The translations under genes were made by a program, and so were the position numbers. A model generated the notes under the pieces. That model had not been told where the DNA came from. It searched no databases and saw nothing but the letters and a program-made list of their open reading frames with translations. 64,000 nt of DNA from the human T2T-CHM13v2.0 reference genome, Homo sapiens: assembly GCF_009914755.1 (NCBI RefSeq), contig NC_060933.1; one strand, 5' to 3'. This document shows positions 54,610 through 64,000 of this stretch, in pieces. The first letter of the stretch is position 1. Each line of letters starts with the position of its first letter.

Positions 54610-54910
54610 AGCTAGGTGTGGTGGCTAATGCTTGTAATCCCAGCCATTTGGGAGGCCGAGGTAGGTGGATCACTTGAGCCCAGGAGTTTGAGACCAGCCT
54701 AGAGAACATGAAAAAACCCTGCCTTTAAAGAAGAAAACACAAAATTTAGCCAGTTATGGTGGCACGTGCCTGTTGTCCCAGCTACTCAAGAGCCGGAGGT
54801 GGGAGAATTGCTTGAGCCAGGAGGTCAAGTTTCCAGTGAGCCATCATCACATCACTGCACTGTAGTGTGGGCAACAGAGTGAGACTCTATCTCAACAACA
54901 AAAACAAAAA
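54610..54910 (+). mobile_element. AluJ SINE
   Basis: gatcacttgagcccaggagtttgagaccagcc; diverged; imperfect TSD aagataaatatataattc / aagttaaataaataactc. Confidence 0.92.
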
Positions 54911-55222
54911 AGTTAAATAAATAACTCTGGAAACATGTTGATATTGTATACTAATATTAAAGAAGGTTTTAATGGTTTTTTTTGTAAAATGCATTATAAT
55001 CAGTAAAATGCATAAATTGTAAATTTCTATAAAGAGAATTAGAGTACCATCAGGTGAAAACATCATACCCTTCAACACAATTACCCCAAATGGGTTTATA
55101 CATGAGTCATTGTCTATAATGCCATCTGAATAGCAGAAAGAAAATGCTAGAAAAGCTTGGACAAAGAGGATATTCCAAGAATAGGACTAGCACTAGCTGT
55201 GATTCCTCAAGAAAGGCAGTGA

Positions 55223-56274
55223 TAGAGAGGGGAGACAAGATGGCTGAAGAGACGCAGCTAGGAAGTGACACTCCCATTGAGAGAGATCCAGTTATTGACT
55301 AAACTACCATAATATGGGCAGATGTTTGAAAACAAAAAGCTGAGGTGGATGGAGAGGTGACATTGAAGGCAAGGCTGAAGAGGAAGGAAGTTAGGAACCC
55401 TGCACAGCATAAGGGAATGCTAGGGCTCGTTCCCAGCCCCGAATGGCTCCTGGGAGAGGGGTGAGTGCAGGAACTAAGGGATAACTCACTCTCTCTGTGG
55501 ACCTCTAGGATCCTAGCTACAGGGTAAGCTGTGTCCTCCATGAATATGTGATCTGGCAGGGGGATCTCCCTGGGGAAAAGGCAGACACAGGCCTTCAGGT
55601 GGTGTGTAGCACAGAAATGTTTGTGTGCTGGGCAGCTCCAGCAAAAAGTAGCCATAGACGCCCATCCCCTGGAACTCCCCGATTCCCGGAGGCATTGTTC
55701 TCAGCTGACCTCCGAGTCAGGAGAGGGCAAGACTGGCTTCCCCATGACCTAGGCATGTCTGTTTTGTAAGTCCTGCTGTCTGTCTGCCCCTCCCATGCTC
55801 CCTGTCTGCCCCCTCCTAGGGGCCACGCATAGCCACTCTGCAGGAACAGTTACACAGTGTAGCCTTAGCAGCCCAGCCTGAATGCTCTACGTTCATACAC
55901 TCCTGGTGACCGAGAATTACATCAGATCCCCAAATACAGCTGGAACCTGACCTAGGCCATGTTCTGGTGCCTCCAGGCTATGGCACAAAGTATGGGAGTA
56001 CAGAGTTATTCCTACAAAACAACCAAAGTCATTCTTCACAAAATTAGAAAAAAAATTCTAAAATTTATATGGAACCATAAAGAACCCCAATAGTAAAAGC
56101 AATCCTAAGTAAAAAGAACAAAGCCAGGGCATCACACTACCCAACTTCAAACTATAAAGCTATAGCAACCAAAATAGCATGATACTGGTACAAAAACAGA
56201 GACACAGACCAGTGAAACAGAATAGAAAACTCAAAGCCTCACACCTACAGCCATGTGATCTTTCATAAGACTGA

Positions 56275-56312
<38 letters not shown>

Positions 56313-57609
56313 CAATGGGGAAAGGACTCCCTATTCAATAAATGATACTGCTAGCCACATGGAAAAGAATGAAATTAGGGTCTCACCTTTCACCATATAC
56401 AAAAATTAACTTGAGATGTATTAATGATTTAAATGTAAGACTTCAAATTATAAAAATCCTAGAAGAAAACCTAGAAAATACACTTCCAGACATTGGCCTT
56501 GACAAAAAAAATTTGGCTAAGTTCTGAAAGCAATTACAACAAAAACAAAAACTGATAAGTGGCACGGGATAAACTAAACAGCTTCTGCACAGGGAAAGAA
56601 ACTATCAACAGAATAAACCGACAACATGCAGAATGGGAGGAAATATTCACAACCTATGCATCCAACAAAGGTCTAATATCCGGAATGTATAAGAAACTTA
56701 AACAAATGCAACAAGCAAAAACCAAATAACTTTATTTAAAAAAATGGACAAAATATGTGAACAGACACTTCACAAAAGACAAACAGGCAGCCAAGAAACA
56801 TATATAAAAAATGCTCAACATCATTAATCATCAGAAAAATGCAAATCAAAACCACAGTGAGATACCATTTTACACTAGTCAGAATGGCTATTATTAAAAA
56901 GTCAATAAACAACAGCTGGTAAGGCTATGGAGAAAAGGGAGCACCAACTTATATTCCTACCAACAAGGTTTAAGTGTTCCCTTTTCTCCACAGTCTTACC
57001 AGCTATGTAAATTAGTATGTAAATTAGTTCAGCCATGTGGGGAAAGCAGTTTGGAGGTTTCTCAAAAAACTTAAAATAGAGCTACCATTCAACCCAGCAA
57101 TCCCATTACTGGGTATATACCCCAAGGAAAATAGGTCATTATGCCAAAAAGACACATACGCTCATATGTTCATCATTGTGTCATTGATCATAGCGAAGAC
57201 GACATGGAATCAGCCTAGGTGTCCATCAGTGGATTGGATTTCTTTTTTTAAAGAGGTACATATACACCATGGAATAATATGCAGCCATTAAAAGGTAGGA
57301 AATCACATTCTTTGGAGCAGTATGGATGGAGCTGGAGACCATAATCCTGAGTTAACACAGAACAAGAAAGCCAAATATTGCGTATTCTCACTTATAAGTG
57401 GGAGCTAAACATTGAACACACATCAACATAAACATGAGAACAATAGACACTGCAGATTCCAAGAGGGGTCAGTGAGGGAGGGGAGCATGATTTGAAAAAC
57501 TACCACTGGGTGCTGTGCTTACTACCTGAGTGCAATATACCCATGTAACAAATCTGCATATGTACCCCTGTATTTAAAATAAAAGTTGAAATTTTAAAAT
57601 TAAAAAAAT
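55223..57609 (+). mobile_element. L1PA15-17-like element: 5' UTR joined directly to distal ORF2 and 3' UTR
   Basis: G-rich start with YY1 motif CAAGATGGC at 55236-55244; GC-rich 5' UTR to about 56005; ORF2 from the IPIKLP.FFTELEK-equivalent region; 3' end aataaaagttgaaa plus A tail. Confidence 0.85.
56276..56311 (+). repeat. A36 homopolymer inside the L1 ORF2 remnant
   Basis: Direct read; occupies the position of the short gacaaaaacaagcaatgggg tract. Confidence 0.95.
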
Positions 57610-57619
57610 AAAAGCAGTT

Positions 57620-58560
57620 AAAACAATACCCAATTTTCAAATGGGCAAAGCATCTGAACAGACATCTCACCAAAGAAGATATATAGATAACAAATATGCA
57701 TATGAAAAGATGCTGATCATATATCATTGGTAACAAAGAGTTACCACCAAATGTTAGCAAACACAGAATAACAAGGACTCTTATTAATTGCTGGTATAAT
57801 AATGCAAAAATGGCACAGGCACTTTGGAAGACAGTTTGGTGATTTCTTACAAAGCTAAATGATATGATTTAACCATCACACACCTAGGTATTTATCAGAA
57901 TGATTAGAAAATTTAAGTCCTGACAAGAACCTGTGCATTAATATATAGAGCAGCCTTATTCATAATTCTCACAAACTGGAAGCAACTAAAATATCCATGA
58001 AAACAGTAGTTTATAAACAAACTCTGATACATCCACATAGTGGAATACTATTCATTGATAAAATGATATCAACTATCAAGCCAAGACAAAGCATGGAGGA
58101 ACCTGAATAACAAATGACTGAGTGAAAGAGGCCAGTCTAGAAAATCTGTGCACTGTATATTCCAAGTGTATGACTTTCTGTAATAAGCAAAGCTATACAA
58201 CATAAAGATCAGTGATGGCCAGGGGTTGGCAGGGAGGGTGGAGACCGAGGAACAAATAGGAGGAGCACAGGGGGTTTTCAGGGCAGTGAAACTATTCTGC
58301 TTGATGCTTTCATGGTGGACATTAGGTATTAGTCAAAACCCATAGAATGTACAAGAACAACAGTGAGCCCAGATGTAAGCTATGGAATTCAGTTAATAAT
58401 AATGCAGCAACAGTGGTTCATCAGGGGTAACAAATATATCAAAGTAAAGATGTCAATAATGGGTTTAACTGACAGTGGGAAGAGGGAATTCCTTGTTATA
58501 AACTCAATATTTTGTACATCTAACACTGTTCTAAAAATACACAAGTAATTTAAAATAATT
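57620..58560 (+). mobile_element. L1MC-like 3' fragment
   Basis: aaatgggcaaagcatctgaacagacatctcaccaaagaagat...gggcagtgaaactattctg...gtcaaaacccatagaatgtac. Confidence 0.85.
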
Positions 58561-59002
58561 TAATAGTATATATGATTTTATAAACATTCGATAAAAATAC
58601 GCAAAAATGCTCAAGTTAAATGCTATGTAATGGGAAAAAAAGAAAGACAACGGTGACATTGGAAGAAGGAAATCTAGTCAAATTTAATCAAATCAGTAAG
58701 ATCTAATTGACCAATAATATACAGTTGCCTAATTGAAGCATCAGGTGTGGCTATTTGGAGACATGTGAAGGCATGTAACACAGGAAGTCTGAAGCACCAA
58801 GCACACTGAAATACAGTAGGTGCTCAACAAGTGTTTCCTTTCCCTGAATTATGCTGAAACTTTTGGAGTTTAGCCTTAATGAACTTTACAACTTTCTCGA
58901 AAAGACTATTCTCTCTCTATCCAGTAGGTTTTTACACAATCCGATTTGCTAAGTCCCATCTCCCTCTATTATCTTTTGACTAACATTTTTTGTCTGGACT
59001 CA

Positions 59003-59299
59003 TTTTTTTTTTTTTTTTTTAGACGGAGTCTCGCTCTGTCGCCCAGGCTGGAGTGCGGCAGCGCAATCTCGGCTCGCTACAAGCTCCGCCTCCCGAGTTC
59101 ACGCCATTCTCCTGCCTCAGCCTCCCAAGTAGCTGGGACTACAGGCGCCCACTACCACGCCCGGCTAATTTTATGTATTTTTAGTAGAGGTGGGGTTTCA
59201 CCGTGTTAACCAGGATGGTCTCGATCTCCTGACCTTATGATCTGCCGTCTCAGCCTCCCAAAGTGCTGGGATTACAGGCGTGAGCCACCGCACCCGGCC
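59003..59299 (-). mobile_element. AluY SINE
   Basis: aagctccgcctcccgagttcacgccattctcc; flanking repeat tggactca. Confidence 0.96.
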
Positions 59300-59699
59300 T
59301 TTGGACTCAATTTTGATACCTTTCTCCAGAAGTATTCTTTGACTCCCGGTGGTTGCTTGGTTTCTTTTTCCAGAAATTTTCATAATATCCTACAGTCATC
59401 TCAACACAGTGTGTATATGTATGCATGAACATGGTCAGTATCTCAGTAAACACTCCCTGGATGTCATAAGATATACTGTCTTACAAGTACCTCTAAGTCC
59501 TAATTTAAATTGTAATTTAAAATGCCGATGAGATTAAGATTTTCTAAGAATTCCTAACCTCTTAAAGTTACTAATCACAATGTCTATTGCTATGATTGTT
59601 CATTGATTGACAGTCTGTCAATTGGAGGAACACATTTGCATCTTTAAATGATTATTGAGAATCATAGACTAATTGAGGTATGTTACCAACTGATTAACT

Positions 59700-59830
59700 G
59701 AGGAAAGAATATTTTCTAAACATTTAACAGATGAGGAAACCCTAGGTTGTGATAAATTAAGAAACATAAAACTGGACTCCCTCAACTTTGAACTCCCTGC
59801 CCAGTAATCCTTTGACTTAACCATGCTGTT
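59700..59830 (-). mobile_element. MIR fragment
   Basis: catttaacagatgaggaaac...taaattaag. Confidence 0.5.
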
Positions 59831-61971
59831 CCTGGGGAAAAATTATTGCAATGAGTATAGATAGCTCTGAGTTATTTATGTGGAAGACAAAAGAAGGAAA
59901 CAAAAGGTTATGTGGGACCTTCTTAATTATAACATTCTCTCAAGTCCTCACAGTTATTATAATAAAACTCCAGTGTATAACAAGTTATCGAAATTTGAAA
60001 TCAGCATGGTATTCTGAATACTCAGGAAACCCACAAAACGAAAGTTCATCTTACTGTTTTGTGATTGGATACATCTGCTTCCTTGGAATTTGTCTAATGC
60101 TATTCTTCCAGTACTTTATAAATACATGTTGACTGACTTATTTTGTATTTTAAGATATCTGGATAGATAAGCCCAAATTATGAAGTCATATAATCTAAAT
60201 ACATGAAAGTAACCAAATCATCATGGAATTTATTATTCTGCCTTTATATGTATGTTTAATTATCTTGTTTAAATTCTTCCAAGATTATCAGTGATTTTCA
60301 TTCCTTGACAATTAAAAAAAGACTAATGTTGAAACTTTTCTCCCACGCAACAGTAATTCTTAAAGTTTATTTAGAAAAGTAAAGCTGTTTGTTTTTGATT
60401 CTGTGCATATTTGCTATCCTCAAATGATTTTCCCCATTATAGGAGATGTGCATTTGTATATTTTTTTACCAAGGTTTTAAAGTGAGCGTATTATACAGTG
60501 CAGTGAGGAAAATTTCCAATTTCTTTCTTGCATGAAATATCTGAGCTAATAATTGGACTAGGAGAAGTAGAATCTTTCTTTTCATTAGACTTCTCTTTTC
60601 AACAAAAGCTTTGTTAGCCTACTGAATCATGACAAGTAATCCTTTATATGCTGGGGTACACTGTTCTTCCTGATGAACTTACAAATTAAAATGTAATGTG
60701 AAACGATGGCACTGGGAATACTGAGGAATAGCCACTGATGTGGGAAGAGATCTATAATTAAACCAAGATGTACATTTTAATTATAATTTTATCAAACTGA
60801 TAATACAGAATAAAATACAGTTGGAGAAATCCAAGGAAGTCATAATAAAGAGCACAAGAACGCTACTTTGTACCCCTTGTTGTCTCCTCTACCTTCTTTT
60901 GCCAGTTCCTCCCCTCCCAAGCCTTATTTTAATATATCTTGCCAAAGATTAGAAAGCAATCAAGTGATTTTTCACCACCTTTATCCCAGGCTAAGGTAAT
61001 TATTCATCTGTTTTTCTCTCCTGCTTCGTTTTTTTTTTTTTTTTTTAATTAAACTTGGTTTGCTCAAGAGTAAAATGAACCACAGTACTTATCAGCTCAG
61101 TGCATACGCAAGTGATACTGAAGGCAACTGCCAGAGACTAAAGCCATAGGTTAGCTGCAAATCCATTAGTGATTTTAAATAGTGGGGAAAAAATTCTTGG
61201 TGAGTCATGATAAAGCTGAACAATAACTGCAGAAGTCACAAAACATGAAAATGTAATTTGCATCAATATGTCGTCAGACAGATTTACAGAAAGCTAACAC
61301 AAGTGCGAAAGATTTCCTATAAGATAAGCAAAGCCATATTTGCTGTTAATGTTTATAAAAGTATTTTTTAAATTATTCTTTGACATATAATGCATAGTTT
61401 TAAGGGTCATAGTTTAGGAAGAGCTGTACAAAGGATAAAGCTAACATATCTAAAAGATATTCTTCCCAACTGCAAAGCATTCATAAATCAGAGAAATACT
61501 TGGAATTTACTATGGAAAATTTTAAAGTGAATATTAAGAAAAAAATCTAGTGACGTAATTTTTATTTAACCTTGCAAGCTTTTTATGGCTTATTTACAAT
61601 AAATAAGCTTTCAACCACAGCATCCACAATTATACTGAAGGAAAAAGATATTATTTTAAGTCATTCTAATCTCACATTCTAGAACTACAACTTATTTTAC
61701 TACTTTCTTTTTCCTGTTTCACAAATTTCCTTCCAAAGCCATGGTAAACTTCCATAAGGGAGCTCTAAAGTCAAATCCATTAAGCCATCAAGGTACATCT
61801 TATTTCAAGATTTTTTAAATTAGCAGATCAATAACCTAGCAGACCATACTGACTCACTCAAAGCAATTACAAAGTATTTGTTCATTAGTGGAACTGTGCT
61901 AGCTTAAAATCTGAAGTGAAGTCCAGTGTCAAAATATATTGTCCATGTTTATTACCAGCATTTAAAATTTT

Positions 61972-62110
61972 ATGTGTGTGTGTATATATAGATATATATA
62001 TGTTTATATCTATATCATAAAACATATATTAGATATATGTATGATGTCTTAATAATGTATTATATATTATATATATACACACACACACGCACACACCTAT
62101 ACACACATAT
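61972..62110. repeat. Compound (TG)/(TA)/(CA) low-complexity tract
   Basis: Direct read. Confidence 0.85.
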
Positions 62111-62259
62111 AATCTCTCCTACATTTTATCAACAAATTGTATATGGTTTGAGCAGGGTTTGCTATGTACAGGGTTTGGGTGAATATAACTGCTTTCACCA
62201 ACACGGTTTAGCTAAAAACATGTTTTGGAAAAAAAAAACTCTAGTCCAACCTAGCTAGA

Positions 62260-63100
62260 GTCTTTAGAAAGAATGAAAGAAAAGTTTTATAAAATAAGTA
62301 GGAACAAAAATATGAAATTGTATATTTTTGTTTCTGCTCAATATTGATGGCAAATACTATTTTAAGTAACAAAAATCTTATTGTATAATAAATATAGAAA
62401 GGATCAGAAAAATACAAAATTGCCATTCAGGAAACACTACAGTAGTAATTATTGCAGGCAAGATTCGCAAGGGATACCAAAATTACTGGGTGAAGCAGGA
62501 TATTTGCATAATCTCACAGTATCTCCTACAGTATATTTATTAGCTATGAAGGGAAAAACACTAAATTTATGGTGGAAAAACCTAGTACATGCTACTTTCT
62601 CATAGACAAAGTATATATCATTATCATGTACCTTGATATGATGTACTGAAAAGGACACAACATAGTTTCTGTAGTCTTTATGCCCAAAATTCAGAACCTT
62701 AGTCTAATCATTCATAAATATTACATAAACCAAAGTGAGAGGCATTCCACAAAACAACTAAATGGTACTCATAAAATGTTTCAAGATAATGAAAGATAAA
62801 GAGAGATTTAGCAATGGTCACAGATCAGCAGAAACTAAGGAAATGGAGCATTTAAATGCAATTCGACATAGTAATTTGGGTGCTGGAACAGAAGAAGAAT
62901 ATTTGTTGAAAAACTAGTAAAATTCCAATAATGTCTCATATTAATTAATATTATAGTACCAGTGTTAATTATACAATTGTACAAATAAATTTTACAATGG
63001 CTATGTCAGTTGTTAACATTAGGGGAAGCTGGATATGGGGTACATACAAAAGGTACCATTTTTGCACAATTCCTGCTAGTCAATAATTATTCAAAAAAAA
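62260..63100 (+). mobile_element. L1MC4/ME-like 3' UTR fragment
   Basis: aaaggacacaacat...aaccaaagtgagaggcattccacaaaacaact...gttaacattaggggaagctgg. Confidence 0.75.
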
Positions 63101-63821
63101 TTCAAAGCCAATGCTTCAAGTAGGTCATGATGAAATGAAGGCAACATGCTCCAACATTTTCTTTGTAACCACTAAGTTATTTATTACCACTTTGCTAATG
63201 TTATAATTATTCACTATCCTGGTTTTTTCTCCAAATACAATGATGAGAATATATTACTTCTCCATATTTCATTATCAATAATACAAACCAATGGCCTAAG
63301 CCTGTTTTCTATTATTATATTTACCTAACCTAAAAATTTTTCATGTCTATTAGAGTATTTCATCAAATTCAAGACAAGCATTTATTGATTGCCATTATTT
63401 GCCATGCACTGAAGCAGCTGTAAGATGATTACATTTACCTGCATAAACTAATGAAAACTAGAAAAAATTTACATCTTCTATGCCTACTCTAACCCATTAT
63501 AAGTTAAAACTATTTTGAGAATTATTGATACATTTGCATGCATTTCATGGTTATATTCATGGTGGAAAACTTTATTAGCATCGAGAGAGTATCAAGAACC
63601 TGAAGAATTTTACTGTAATAGATTTGTATATAATGGTATGAGGTCATATAAGCATAAGAGTAAAATAAATTACCACATAATCAGCATTTTGTACCATAAA
63701 TGCTAATACTGAAAACAGCATGTGAGAAACACAACAGAATGTTATAGGCACAGAAGTAAATCACAGTGGACATTCCCTTGCTGGTAGAAGCAAGAGGAGG
63801 AGTACTTTAAAATCACTTGCA

Positions 63822-63990
63822 GGTGGCTGGGTCAAATGGTATTTCTAGATCTCGATCCTTGAGGAATCGCCACACTAATGTAAATGATGAGTTAATGGGT
63901 GCAGCACACCAACATGGCACATGTACACATACGTAACAAACCTGCATGTTGTGCACATGTACCCTAGAACTTAAAGTATAATAAAAAAAA
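63822..63990 (+). mobile_element. Very short twin-primed L1PA insertion
   Basis: Inverted ORF2 segment 63822-63876 plus sense 3' terminus 63875-63990. TSD AAAATCACTTGCA at 63809-63821 and 63988-64000, at a TTT/AAAA site. Confidence 0.93.
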
Positions 63991-64000
63991 ATCACTTGCA

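Overview
AT-rich, CpG-poor primate (human-like) genomic DNA, intergenic or deep-intronic. I find no recognisable multi-exon protein-coding gene, RNA gene, CpG island or prokaryotic element. The ORF-track entries with recognisable similarity are translations of Alu, L1 or MaLR repeats; the rest look like random ORFs. The window is a mosaic of Alu (J, S, Y, FLAM), L1 (old L1M and six L1PA-era copies), L2, MIR, ERVL-MaLR LTRs (THE1, MLT1) and microsatellites. The structures most worth a second look are: (1) a probable 82-bp L1 3' transduction at 18.57-18.65 kb; (2) two twin-primed, 5'-inverted L1PA insertions (8.7 and 63.8 kb); (3) a both-ended L1PA15-17-like element lacking ORF1 and most of ORF2, which also carries a fold-back inverted duplication (55.2-57.6 kb); (4) a 66-bp tandem duplication split by an AluY and fused to a tail-less L1 (46.4-47.5 kb); (5) a well-formed 42-nt minus-strand exon candidate at 44003-44044. 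The sequence does not support a new biological system. Subfamily names are by-eye matches to remembered consensus sequences, boundaries of old repeats are approximate, and all need RepeatMasker/Dfam confirmation.
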